The notes under the pieces: model-generated | Database searches by the model: none | What the model was told of the DNA's origin: nothing | Seen by the model: the letters and a program-made list of their open reading frames with translations, nothing else | Made by a program: the position numbers and the translations under genes | From: a virus | Virus record (IMG/VR): IMGVR_UViG_3300001848_000317 | DNA: 64,000 nt | Direction: 5' to 3' (one strand) | Shown: positions 28,901 through 37,722 of the stretch, piece by piece | Layout of the letters: each line of letters begins with the position of its first letter | Position numbering within the stretch: the stretch's first letter is position 1

Positions 28901-29740
28901 ATGGCAAAACAAGTACCAACATTCACAGATCCGGCGCAATCATCCGGCATCAACTCGCTGGTATTGCGGAACAACTTCAATACGCTGGGGTCGTACCTCA
29001 ACGACCATGATGCCCAGCATTGGCCGATCAAGGTGAGTGCACCGAAGATCGGCACCGGTGGTGTGTCCGCTATCGTGGGGTCCACCGCTACAGGTGCGAC
29101 CATGACGGCTAACCAAGCCAAGTACATGCGATTCACCTACGAGACACCAAACGGCGAAACCACACGCTCGTCGGAAGCCACGGTGACACTGACCACGTTA
29201 CAGAACAGCGTGCAGGTTACCGTCGATCAAGTCGACAGCGGCTTCACTCCGTACATGTGGGTGTACGTTGCCCTGGCTGGTGCGAGTGCCGGTGCTGGTC
29301 CGTGGTACCGGTGCCGTCAAGCTGATCTGGCTGCGGTGAGTGGTTGCACTGTTGATGCCAATGGCCGGGTCACGCTGAACACCGCCGGTCAATCGCAGTT
29401 CAAGATCATCGTGCATCCGCCCAACACCCAACCGGCGGCGCCTGCCTCGAATAACTCGGGCAGTATCGACCCGTTGCAGATGACGGTGACACCCATCCCG
29501 TTCAGCAGCACGGTGACGAACAACTCGCCGTCAACCGGACAAAAGACTGTGACCAAGACCTACCCGATGGCAGGCGGCACGGTTACCGAAACCGGTATCT
29601 ACGACATGACACTGAACCGTATCACCAGCCACGAATTGTGGATGGGTGGCGTTGCCATTGCACGGTACAGTTACACCTATGGCACCGACTCTGCCAGTGG
29701 CAGTGTCATCTGCACAGCACGCACACAGTTGGAGGCTTAA
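28901..29740 (+). CDS. tail structural protein, function unassigned (279 aa)
   Basis: ORF with SD AGGAGGGA, tightly packed in the tail module. Confidence 0.55.
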   Translation: MAKQVPTFTDPAQSSGINSLVLRNNFNTLGSYLNDHDAQHWPIKVSAPKIGTGGVSAIVGSTATGATMTANQAKYMRFTYETPNGETTRSSEATVTLTTLQNSVQVTVDQVDSGFTPYMWVYVALAGASAGAGPWYRCRQADLAAVSGCTVDANGRVTLNTAGQSQFKIIVHPPNTQPAAPASNNSGSIDPLQMTVTPIPFSSTVTNNSPSTGQKTVTKTYPMAGGTVTETGIYDMTLNRITSHELWMGGVAIARYSYTYGTDSASGSVICTARTQLEA

Positions 29741-29743
29741 CCG

Positions 29744-30211
29744 ATGATGGAAGTATTCTCTCCGTGGGACGGTAAACCGAAAGCCGGTGATCCGATCTCA
29801 ACAGTTTCGTTCGCAGCGACAGCCCGTGGTGGTTACTACAGCGAGTCGTCGATGTCAGTTAACGTCGTCGTACCAGCCGGTCGTATTCTTGTGTTGACGG
29901 GGTTGCACGTTAGAAACATAAACGGTTACACGACGTACCCGTATAACTACCCTAGCGGCAGCATCACCATGATCCAAAACTCGACTGCATACGCCACGTT
30001 TAATGGTCACGCGGCTAAACATGAGACGACTCAAGGAATAGTTTCAGCGAGTGCTACTGGGTACCAAGCCGCACCGGCGACTATGAGCGATTCCTGGCAG
30101 GGTATGGACGTAATTAGTGGAGGCGCCAGTGGTGTCACGTTGACGTTGACTGTGTACGCTAACTCTTATTACACAGGCGCGACAGCATCAATCGGTGGTT
30201 ACCTGATCTAA
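29744..30211 (+). CDS. hypothetical tail-module protein (155 aa)
   Basis: ORF with a 3-nt gap from the upstream gene. Confidence 0.5.
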   Translation: MMEVFSPWDGKPKAGDPISTVSFAATARGGYYSESSMSVNVVVPAGRILVLTGLHVRNINGYTTYPYNYPSGSITMIQNSTAYATFNGHAAKHETTQGIVSASATGYQAAPATMSDSWQGMDVISGGASGVTLTLTVYANSYYTGATASIGGYLI

Positions 30212-30223
30212 AGGAGACAGACT

Positions 30224-30520
30224 ATGTGGATTATCACCAAACCCAACGGTAACCAGACATACTGCGGTAACCGCCGGGATCACGACATCGTTGCTGCCAT
30301 CAACAACGAGTTTGGTGAGTGCAAGTTCCACTGGATTCCCGATGGGCAGTGGACGGATCTCACCACCGAGAACATCACCTATGACGAGGAGGGCAAAGCC
30401 GACCCAGCAACCTGCCGTAAATGGACCTTCGACGCCTCGACCGGTACGCTCACCGTTACTGACATGTCCGACAAACCGAAGGTGATTGCCACCTTCAAAG
30501 CTGAACACGTCACTGCGTAG
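30224..30520 (+). CDS. hypothetical protein (98 aa)
   Basis: ORF with SD AAGGAGA. Confidence 0.5.
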   Translation: MWIITKPNGNQTYCGNRRDHDIVAAINNEFGECKFHWIPDGQWTDLTTENITYDEEGKADPATCRKWTFDASTGTLTVTDMSDKPKVIATFKAEHVTA

Positions 30521-30531
30521 GAGCTACGGTT

Positions 30532-30819
30532 ATGTCTGATGATAACGCCCATCTTTGGGAGGTACTGCAAGAGGTCCGAGACAACGTCCAGGCAACACGC
30601 GCTTTCCTCGAAGGCGGCATCATGCCTGACGGCACCCACCGCGACGGTTTCATCCAAGACCACAACCGATTGAAAACAACCGTTGCTGAACTCAAGGACG
30701 TTCACGGTCAAACCAAAGAGAAGCGGTGGGCGCTGATCGCTGCCATGCTCGCCGCCGTTATCACCAAGGGCATCGACGTTGTCGTCAGTTACATGAGCGG
30801 AAAGGGTGTGCACCAATGA
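30532..30819 (+). CDS. small protein with one C-terminal TM helix (holin-like candidate)
   Basis: The C-terminus is KRWALIAAMLAAVITKGIDVVVSY. SD is AGGAG. Confidence 0.45.
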   Translation: MSDDNAHLWEVLQEVRDNVQATRAFLEGGIMPDGTHRDGFIQDHNRLKTTVAELKDVHGQTKEKRWALIAAMLAAVITKGIDVVVSYMSGKGVHQ

Positions 30820-31058
30820 ATCACGATCTCGTTACACAGATGGTCACGTTACTCGGTCAGTTCCTTGTTGATAATGCTGATACTGTATCTGGCAAAGTCG
30901 TTGCTGCCGCACCTGTTGCTGGGGTGGTTGCCAGCGGGTTGGTCGAGAAAGCGTGGGTCAAAGTTGCGGTGACCGCTGTCGGTAGTCTGCTGACTGCGCT
31001 GTTCAATAACAAACCCAGTGACAAGCCGACTGTGTTCGACGATCAGCAGAAGGGTTGA
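30816..31058 (+). CDS. small membrane protein (80 aa, holin/antiholin-like candidate)
   Basis: ORF track 30726..31058 trimmed to the ATG at 30816 (ATGA overlap). Hydrophobic stretches are VVAAAPVAGVVASGLV and VKVAVTAVGSLLTALF. Confidence 0.45.
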   Translation: MNHDLVTQMVTLLGQFLVDNADTVSGKVVAAAPVAGVVASGLVEKAWVKVAVTAVGSLLTALFNNKPSDKPTVFDDQQKG

Positions 31059-31067
31059 TGCACAGCC

Positions 31068-32108
31068 GTGACTCAGATAATCCTCAACGAAACCTCACCG
31101 ATCCATGGGCGTGTTCGGTTGATCGAGGTGGACGACGACGGCAACCAAGAGGTGGTTGTCGATCATCGAAACCTCATCACCGATGTGTTCATCAACTCCA
31201 TCATCTCGCGTATCCTTGGCACGGCGACTGCCCGAGACACCATGGCTATTACACAGCAGGCGCTGGGTAGTGGTGCAGTACCTCCGGTCAGCACCGGCAC
31301 CAACCTTGCTGCCGAGTTTCACCGCAAGGTGATCGACAACAAGGCACGGTCAGCAAACCAGATCATCCTGTCCACCACGTTCTCCTCGCTTGAAGCGAAT
31401 GTGCCACAGGGCAGGATCACCGACAGGTATGCCGGTACAGCCAACCAAAGCAAGAACACCTGGACCATCGCACCCTACCTATCCGGTCTGTCGCCGTTGG
31501 ACACAGCCTACGTCTCTAGCTACTTCAAGCGGTTCCGTGAGGGCGACCTCGTTCGGATTGGCCTGGGCTCAGGGAACAAAACCTACGTCTACGCCAATCT
31601 AACGAGTGTCATCTACAATGCGGCGGCGACCAACTGCGTCATTACAATCAGCCCCGATCTCACCGAGTACCCGCCCAACCTGGCAACCGTCGACGGTCTT
31701 ATCAACGAGGCCGGTGTCTACGCTGACTCCCCCAACCTGCTCACCGTACAGGCATCACCAGCCCCTACTGCCGTGACATTCGCCGTCGATGATGCGTCCT
31801 TGTTGGCTCAAGGCGACCAGATCATTCATCGCAAAACAACCACCGACATCAACGGAGCAACATTCGAGAACAGCCAAATCGGTACCATTCTGTCAATCAC
31901 CGGTAATACTATCACTCTGACAAGCCCTGGACTGACGCCGTTATTCCCTGTCAACGGTTCGTCGCCAGCGCCAACCGTAACTGCACCAGTAGCAGGGGAT
32001 AAAATCTGGGCCGGTCGCCTGTATAATTGGGTGAGCGGTCTGCGATTCGTTAAGTCCAGACAAAAGAACGTGCTGGTTGAGACTATCTTCACGACAGGGA
32101 ATGGCTAG
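31068..32108 (+). CDS. tail/baseplate protein, paralogue 2
   Basis: GTG start. It shares DGN..., RNL(V/I)TD, G(F/S)G...P..S...L..E..RK and a C-terminal F.K motif with 27153..28046. Confidence 0.6.
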   Translation: MTQIILNETSPIHGRVRLIEVDDDGNQEVVVDHRNLITDVFINSIISRILGTATARDTMAITQQALGSGAVPPVSTGTNLAAEFHRKVIDNKARSANQIILSTTFSSLEANVPQGRITDRYAGTANQSKNTWTIAPYLSGLSPLDTAYVSSYFKRFREGDLVRIGLGSGNKTYVYANLTSVIYNAAATNCVITISPDLTEYPPNLATVDGLINEAGVYADSPNLLTVQASPAPTAVTFAVDDASLLAQGDQIIHRKTTTDINGATFENSQIGTILSITGNTITLTSPGLTPLFPVNGSSPAPTVTAPVAGDKIWAGRLYNWVSGLRFVKSRQKNVLVETIFTTGNG

Positions 32109-32381
32109 ATGAGCGAATCGACGACGATCCGTATTGGTCCGAACGACACTACCAACGACCTTGCAGCGTCAATCCACAACAGCTTTCTGGTCACCCGCAA
32201 GGTGACCATTCTTACTGATGACGCCAACCAATACAATCTCGCCGTCAAAGCCGCTGCCATTGTGCGGCGGGAGCTGATACCATTGGGCGTGGATCTCGTG
32301 TGCTGTACGTTCTTCCAATTCAACGACGGACGTTACCAGGACCGGGAACAACTCCAGTACGTTCTCACCGACAAACGCTGA
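32109..32381 (+). CDS. hypothetical protein (90 aa)
   Basis: The ORF abuts the upstream stop. Confidence 0.5.
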   Translation: MSESTTIRIGPNDTTNDLAASIHNSFLVTRKVTILTDDANQYNLAVKAAAIVRRELIPLGVDLVCCTFFQFNDGRYQDREQLQYVLTDKR

Positions 32382-32419
32382 TCGACACTCCCACCTATTC
32401 CATGTAGGAGGTCGAGAGC

Positions 32420-32818
32420 ATGATCTGTCGCGTCAATGTCGCGGTAAAGATCCCTCACTGGACCCCTCGTGCACAGGTCACCTTGATTGGTGACCTGTCG
32501 TCATGTGGGCAGAACCTGACTGAGGGAACAGTTACATTCCACAAACCCGGTCGACTCACCGTCTCTGTCATCAGCGGCGGTGATATGTGGCAGGGTGAAA
32601 TCATTGCAGAGGGTGAGCCTGTTGCCGTTGAACAACCCGTCGAACCATCGGTCGAACAGCCAGTCGAGCAGTCGACCGAGCAACCAGCCGAACAGCCAAC
32701 CGTCGTGGCTGAAGTCGTCGAAGAAAAAACGGAAGAAGCCCAAGAACCGGAACACTCTGAAGAAACCCCAACCGTTACCTCCCGTCGAGTGGGACGGTTC
32801 GACCGCTATGCGAGGTAA
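32420..32818 (+). CDS. hypothetical protein with acidic EQP(V/A) repeat tail
   Basis: VEQPVEPSVEQPVEQSTEQPAEQP is a ~12-nt periodic repeat at about 32630-32700. SD is AGGAGG. Confidence 0.5.
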   Translation: MICRVNVAVKIPHWTPRAQVTLIGDLSSCGQNLTEGTVTFHKPGRLTVSVISGGDMWQGEIIAEGEPVAVEQPVEPSVEQPVEQSTEQPAEQPTVVAEVVEEKTEEAQEPEHSEETPTVTSRRVGRFDRYAR

Positions 32819-32820
32819 TC

Positions 32821-33267
32821 ATGCAGCTAAGTGAACACTTCACCTTAGCCGAGATGACCGTCAGCGAGACGGCAGCTCGCCAAGGACTGAACAACACCCC
32901 GGATGCAGACAGCACTGCCAACTTGAAGCGTACCTGCGCCATGCTGGAGAAGGTGCGTGCCCTGGTCGGTGGTCCTATCGTGGTGACCTCGGGTTACCGT
33001 GGACCAGCGGTCAATGCTGCGGTGGGCGGGAGCAAGACCAGTGCTCATATGACTGGACGTGCTGCTGATACCAACCGTCCTGGGCTCACACCTCGGCAGT
33101 TTGCTGAGAAGGTCAAGCCCAAGATGAAAGAGTTCGGGATCGACCAGATGATTCTGGAGTTCGATAGCTGGGTGCATCTCGGCATTGCCCGTGTCGGTGA
33201 AACGCCCCGCTGTCAGATCCTGACCATCAACAACAGTACCGGCGGTTATGTCGAGGGGCTGTGCTAA
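32821..33267 (+). CDS. peptidase M15 family endolysin (zinc D-Ala-D-Ala carboxypeptidase / L-Ala-D-Glu peptidase-like)
   Basis: FTLAEM...LNNTP..., VTSGYRGPAVNAAVGGSKTSAHMTGRAAD, and WVHLG are the conserved H-x6-D and C-terminal His motifs of M15 phage endolysins. Confidence 0.85.
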   Translation: MQLSEHFTLAEMTVSETAARQGLNNTPDADSTANLKRTCAMLEKVRALVGGPIVVTSGYRGPAVNAAVGGSKTSAHMTGRAADTNRPGLTPRQFAEKVKPKMKEFGIDQMILEFDSWVHLGIARVGETPRCQILTINNSTGGYVEGLC

Positions 33268-33392
33268 TGCTCTATACAAATCCGACACTTCGTGCGATAG
33301 TCGAATCGGGCACACCTTGCCCGACTGCTGACAGCCTCGATGACACCGCTCCGACGCTGAAGGTAGCTGTTGCGAACAGGCGGCCTGGATAA
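33267..33392 (+). CDS. possible 41-aa micro-ORF
   Basis: Below the ORF-track cutoff. The ATG overlaps the endolysin stop (TAATG), and its own stop overlaps the next ATG (TAATG). Confidence 0.3.
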   Translation: MLYTNPTLRAIVESGTPCPTADSLDDTAPTLKVAVANRRPG

Positions 33393-33646
33393 TGGCCACC
33401 TTCGCCCCCGAACTCGTCATTGACCACGGCATTCAGCCTCAGATCGACGGTCATACAAACACCTTTCAGACGCAGTACGACTACATCCCCGGAACATTAA
33501 CCATGTACTGGAACGGCCAAGCTGCCGTCCACACCAAGGGGCTCTTGGAGTTGTCGCACAATACGTTCATTCTCGAGCCCGATGTCCACGGCCAACTCCT
33601 CTACCCGACACCTGACGACAATGTATGGGTCACTTACATGGCCTAA
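33392..33646 (+). CDS. hypothetical protein (84 aa)
   Basis: The ORF lies immediately 5' of the fibre gene. Confidence 0.5.
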   Translation: MATFAPELVIDHGIQPQIDGHTNTFQTQYDYIPGTLTMYWNGQAAVHTKGLLELSHNTFILEPDVHGQLLYPTPDDNVWVTYMA

Positions 33647-33666
33647 CGTAGAGGAGATCGAACAGG

Positions 33667-36600
33667 ATGGCTTTCACCATTTTTGACTTGAAGAAACAAG
33701 TCAAAGCCCCCGCCACTTACCGTTCCGACATCGCTCGGGTAGACTTCCGCTCGCAGACGAACATGGAAGGTTTCTCCCATGTCCTGCTGAGCATGTTCGC
33801 AGACTTGCTGGGTGAGCAGGAGTTCGACACGGCTCCCGCTGACACCATCCACAGCCTGCATGGCCGGCTGAACACGGTTGAAGGCGATGATGCGACCTCT
33901 GGGTCTATCGCCAAGAGCCTGAAGGATGCCAAGGCTTACACGGACGGCGCCATCACCAGCTTGGTGAACGGCGCTCCTGCCGTGCTCGACACTTTGAAAG
34001 AGATTGCTGATGCGTTGGGCAATGATCCCAACCTGAGCGGCACCCTTGCCACTCAGATCAGCGGTCTGGGTACTCGTCTCGACACCATCGAAGGTGACGC
34101 GCAAACTTCTGGCTCGATCCAGCACGCCCTGTCGCAGGCTGAAGCCTACACCGACAGCGAAGTGTCGAGCGAAGCGTCGGTTCGTGCCGCCGCTGATGCC
34201 AGCGTTCGTGCTGACCTGAGCGCCGAAGCCTCTCGGGCTGAGGATGCTGAAGCCAGCTTGGCCAATGCCGTGTCTGCGGAAGCCTCGGCCCGCGATGCTG
34301 CTGATGCCAGCGTTCAATCCAGCCTGTCCAGCGAAGTTAGCCGCGCCCAATCGGCGGAAGCCAGCTTGGCTGGTGAAATCTCGGCTGAAGCCTCGGCTCG
34401 GGATGCTGCTATCTCGGATGCGATGAACCAGGAAACCTCGGCGGCTGTCAGCCTTGCTGACGGTTTGGCTGCTGAGATCAGCCGGGCCACCTCGGCTGAA
34501 GAGTCGGTTGCTGTCAGCTTGGGTTGGGAAATCAGCCGTGCTCAAACGGCTGAAGTTGAACTGTATACCAGTTTGACTAATCACGAAAATGCCAACACTG
34601 ATCCGCATGGTCAAACGCTGACTCAAACCAACATGCAAGTCAGCAACCAGCTCACGGTCGGTGACCCGAACACGGGTGTCAACGCTCTGCGGATTGATCC
34701 GAATGGCCCAGATGGTATGGCGGTTGTCGTCGGTGACTACAACGCCTTTGCTGTTCAAGGGATGTCTGGTCTTGACGTTCGCCTGCCGGCCACGTTCCAG
34801 AAGTACGCTGCTTTTTACAACAATGTGAACTTTGTTGGGTACAATTCCAACGACCCAAGCCAAAGCGCGCTTGTTGACTTTGCGACTAATGCAAGATTTG
34901 AAGCCCCGGTTCAAATTGGTACTCTTGGGCAAAACAGCCCGATGGCTCCTGGGTTTGAAAGTTTCCTAGATGCCGGTACTGCTACTTATGATAGTAACAG
35001 TGCGACGTTAACTGTAACCGGCACTACGAACGGCGGTAACGGTTGGGGTTACAAGGTTGGCACGATTGATGCTAACCCCGCTAAAGGCACTTGGTCGGTG
35101 TCGGCGTCTATCTCTTCTAACGGCACTTTCTTAGGGTTTGTCAGCACGCCTACTCGTGCTAATCTTAACAAAACCAGTCAAGATTTTGACCGGTTTGATT
35201 ACGGGGTTACTGTTCAGTACGACCCGACTGTTCCTCAAACTGCGTCTTTGTCGTTGCAAACGCCCGGTGGCGAATACCAAGTCATTCAAGTGCCTAGTTG
35301 GCAACTTGGGGATGGAAACTGGTTTGACAATGAAAGTGGACGCCCGTATCCGCTAGAGTGCCGGTTTGACCAGGGAAACAAACTCAAACTGCAAATGTCT
35401 CCTGCTGGGGTAGTTAGCGTTTGGGTCGGTCCTTATCAGTTGGCTGAGTTCACCACCGTTGCCGATGTTCGTTGGCTGAACGGCTCTAACGGCTGGTCGA
35501 TTGTGGTGGGTGGCAATCAATACGGGTCTACTGATGATCACACCGTAAGCGGCTTGTCGGTTGTCACCGGCACCAATCAGACTGGTGATCCTGGTATTCT
35601 TGATGTTGAAACGGCTGCTAAGTTCGCTTATGATGTGTCGTTCAAAGGTCCGACGTTTACGGTTGGCGACTTCAGCAGGCCGGATACCACCATCAACATC
35701 GGTGCCAGTGATACCCACCTTGTGAACTTGCACGGCTCTGTGCGGTTCAAAGGCTACAGCGTTGATGTTCAGAACTTCTTGTCTGCCAATCGCATGGGTT
35801 TTGATCGGATGTTTGGCCGAGAGGCTAATATCCGTGAAATCAACATTCGTGACAATGGTTGGATCTATGTTCCTGGGGGTGAAATCAACGTCGATGGCGG
35901 CGGTACGATTTACACTCAAAAGAACTTTGAAACCAACACGGGCGGCGACATCAAGGTTGGTAACGACCTTGTTTGGCGCAACTTTAACGGCAATCAAGGT
36001 AACGAAGTTCGTTTGATTGATTACCTCAATGGTATGAATCAAACGATCAACGACAATCAGAACAACGACAACATGCGGATTGTTGATCTGAATGATCGTG
36101 TTACCACACTCGAAGGCTCGGCTGGAGTGTCTGGTTCGGTCGCCAACGCTCTGTCCGTGGCGGAAGCCTATACCGATCAGAAGATCAGCGACCTCATCAA
36201 TGGTGCGCCAGAAGCTCTGGACACCCTGAAGGAGCTGGCCGACGCCCTCGGTAACGACGCCAATCTGGCTGCGACGATCACGACGCAACTCGCCGGTGTC
36301 TCTAGCGACATCAGCGCCGAAGCGTCTGCTCGTACCTCGGCTGACGCCTCGCTGGAGTCCAGCCTGAGCACCGAAGCCTCGGCCCGTACTGCTGCGGATG
36401 CCTCGCTGGCGTCTGACATCAGCTCCGAAGCGTCGGCTCGCGCTGCTGCGGTTTCCTTGGAAGCCTCCAGCCGTGTTGCTGGCGATGCTTCTCTGGAGAG
36501 CGCCCTCAGTGCTGAAGCGTCGGATCGGGCCGCCGCGGTTTCTTCCGAAGCCTCGGCTCGTATCGCTGCCGATACCTCGCTGGCGACCTCGGTTAACGCT

Positions 36601-37149
36601 GAGGCTTCGTCTCGGGCTGCCGCCGATGCCTCTCTGGCCTCGGATGTCAGCACGGAGGCTTCAGCCCGCGCTGCTGCTGTCTCGGCTGAAGCCTCTGCCC
36701 GCACTGCGGCTGATGCTTCCCTGGCCAGCGACCTGTCCAGCGAAACGTCTGCCCGTACTTCGGCTGACGCTTCTCTGACGGCGAGCATCAGCTCGGAGGC
36801 TTCGACCCGTACTGCTGCGGATGCGTCGCTCGCCAGCGATCTGTCTGCCGAAGTGTCGGCTCGTGCCAGCGAGATCACCCGCATCGAGGGTATGATTACC
36901 GACGTGTCGCCTGCCTTCGCTGTGACGGAGTTGACCTCCGATGCCGCAGTCGATGACACTATCACGGTTCCTGCCTACACCGTTGGTGCCGGCGCGAACA
37001 TGATGGTGTGGGCGAACGGTATGATGCTCACCCAGGGTGCCGGTTACGACTACGTCGAAGTCGGTACTGTCGGGACCATCAGCACCACCATTCAGGTGAA
37101 GGTGCCGATGAACTCCGGTTGGGTCATCCGCACGCTGATCCTCAAGTAA
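33667..37149 (+). CDS. tail fibre protein (1,160 aa) with duplicated coiled-coil repeat modules
   Basis: The motif NGAP..LDTLKE(I/L)ADALGND occurs twice (nt ~33988-34026 and ~36221-36259). Each copy is followed by SxEASAR..ADASL repeats. There is a central Gly/Asn/Thr-rich domain, and a C-terminal VWANGMMLTQGAGYDYVEVG fibre-tip-like domain. Confidence 0.8.
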   Translation: MAFTIFDLKKQVKAPATYRSDIARVDFRSQTNMEGFSHVLLSMFADLLGEQEFDTAPADTIHSLHGRLNTVEGDDATSGSIAKSLKDAKAYTDGAITSLVNGAPAVLDTLKEIADALGNDPNLSGTLATQISGLGTRLDTIEGDAQTSGSIQHALSQAEAYTDSEVSSEASVRAAADASVRADLSAEASRAEDAEASLANAVSAEASARDAADASVQSSLSSEVSRAQSAEASLAGEISAEASARDAAISDAMNQETSAAVSLADGLAAEISRATSAEESVAVSLGWEISRAQTAEVELYTSLTNHENANTDPHGQTLTQTNMQVSNQLTVGDPNTGVNALRIDPNGPDGMAVVVGDYNAFAVQGMSGLDVRLPATFQKYAAFYNNVNFVGYNSNDPSQSALVDFATNARFEAPVQIGTLGQNSPMAPGFESFLDAGTATYDSNSATLTVTGTTNGGNGWGYKVGTIDANPAKGTWSVSASISSNGTFLGFVSTPTRANLNKTSQDFDRFDYGVTVQYDPTVPQTASLSLQTPGGEYQVIQVPSWQLGDGNWFDNESGRPYPLECRFDQGNKLKLQMSPAGVVSVWVGPYQLAEFTTVADVRWLNGSNGWSIVVGGNQYGSTDDHTVSGLSVVTGTNQTGDPGILDVETAAKFAYDVSFKGPTFTVGDFSRPDTTINIGASDTHLVNLHGSVRFKGYSVDVQNFLSANRMGFDRMFGREANIREINIRDNGWIYVPGGEINVDGGGTIYTQKNFETNTGGDIKVGNDLVWRNFNGNQGNEVRLIDYLNGMNQTINDNQNNDNMRIVDLNDRVTTLEGSAGVSGSVANALSVAEAYTDQKISDLINGAPEALDTLKELADALGNDANLAATITTQLAGVSSDISAEASARTSADASLESSLSTEASARTAADASLASDISSEASARAAAVSLEASSRVAGDASLESALSAEASDRAAAVSSEASARIAADTSLATSVNAEASSRAAADASLASDVSTEASARAAAVSAEASARTAADASLASDLSSETSARTSADASLTASISSEASTRTAADASLASDLSAEVSARASEITRIEGMITDVSPAFAVTELTSDAAVDDTITVPAYTVGAGANMMVWANGMMLTQGAGYDYVEVGTVGTISTTIQVKVPMNSGWVIRTLILK
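34156..34560 (+). repeat. Fibre repeat block 1 (S-x-E-A-S-x-R-x-A-x-D-A-S type)
   Basis: Read from the translation: SEASVRAAADASVRADLSAEASRAEDAEASLANAVSAEASARDAADASVQSSLSSEVSRAQSAEASLAGEISAEASARDAA... Confidence 0.8.
36301..36870 (+). repeat. Fibre repeat block 2 (about 12 units of 18 or 11 aa)
   Basis: The translation reads SAEASARTSADASLESSL / STEASARTAADASLASDI / SSEASARAAAV / ... This block generates the long antisense shadow ORF 36177..36965. Confidence 0.85.
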
Positions 37150-37166
37150 GGGCTAGGTGCAAGACG

Positions 37167-37196
37167 GAGGGGGAGGCTTTTGGCCTCCCCCTCTTT
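37167..37196. terminator. Bidirectional terminator between the convergent fibre gene and the 37213..37557 gene
   Basis: gagggggaggc (37167-37177) pairs with gcctccccctc (37183-37193), an 11-bp perfect stem with loop ttttg, followed by ttt. Confidence 0.8.
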
Positions 37197-37212
37197 CCTG
37201 CTGTAATTGGTG

Positions 37213-37557
37213 TTATTGATTCGCAGCTTCCGCAACGTCGGCGTCAACACCGCTCAGTTTGTTCTGTTCAGACGGTTTGAGCAGCATGGCCCAACCCTTC
37301 AGGTACTCCAGGGTTTTGTCGGACGGCGCGTTCACTGCGATGCTCTGACACACCGCTTCGGCAGCGACGGCGCGCAACGTGACATACCTCAGCAATTTGA
37401 GCATGCCAGCCCAACCGTCTTTCTTCTCATCGAAGCCGGTAATACCCATGGCGTCGATGACATCCTTCAAATGGCTGGACGGCTTGCGCTTCGGTGCGGG
37501 TTTCTTATCTGCGTCCTTGGTAACATCTCGCGTACTGCGATGCCGTGCGTCAGCCAT
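37213..37557 (-). CDS. hypothetical protein (114 aa)
   Basis: ORF track 37213..37710 trimmed to the ATG at 37555-37557 (MADARHRST...), preceded by AAGGAG (RC of 37564-37569). Confidence 0.55.
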   Translation of the reverse strand: MADARHRSTRDVTKDADKKPAPKRKPSSHLKDVIDAMGITGFDEKKDGWAGMLKLLRYVTLRAVAAEAVCQSIAVNAPSDKTLEYLKGWAMLLKPSEQNKLSGVDADVAEAANQ

Positions 37558-37658
37558 ACCGATCTCCTTCATACTGAGCTGTTCAGTCACTAGGTTATCA
37601 GGCTTCCGGCAACAGTGCGATCGAACATGGCTTGAGTTATCATAGGTGGAGTCGGATT

Positions 37659-37687
37659 GGTGCAGCAGCTTCAGCAACTGCTGCACC
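37659..37687. promoter_or_regulatory. Perfect 10-bp-stem inverted repeat in a divergent intergenic region
   Basis: ggtgcagcag - cttcagcaa - ctgctgcacc lies between the leftward 37557 start and the rightward 37723 start. It may be an operator or RNA hairpin. Confidence 0.4.
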
Positions 37688-37722
37688 GCCGACATCGCTG
37701 AACAGGACATAGGGGATGACCC

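Noticed and set aside
33643-34932. A 429-aa ORF on the minus strand, plus a 262-aa minus-strand ORF at 36177..36965.
   Set aside because: Both lie entirely antisense to the fibre gene. They are low-complexity Ser/Ala/Arg/Gly products of the complement of the SxEASAR repeats. Neither has an SD. These are classic shadow ORFs of a GC-rich repetitive gene.
33667-37149. The possibility that the fibre repeats represent a diversity-generating retroelement target or a collagen-like fibre.
   Set aside because: No reverse transcriptase is present in the window, and no template/variable repeat pair with A-specific mismatches was seen. There is no Gly-X-Y periodicity. The repeats are Ser/Ala/Glu/Asp coiled-coil-type units.
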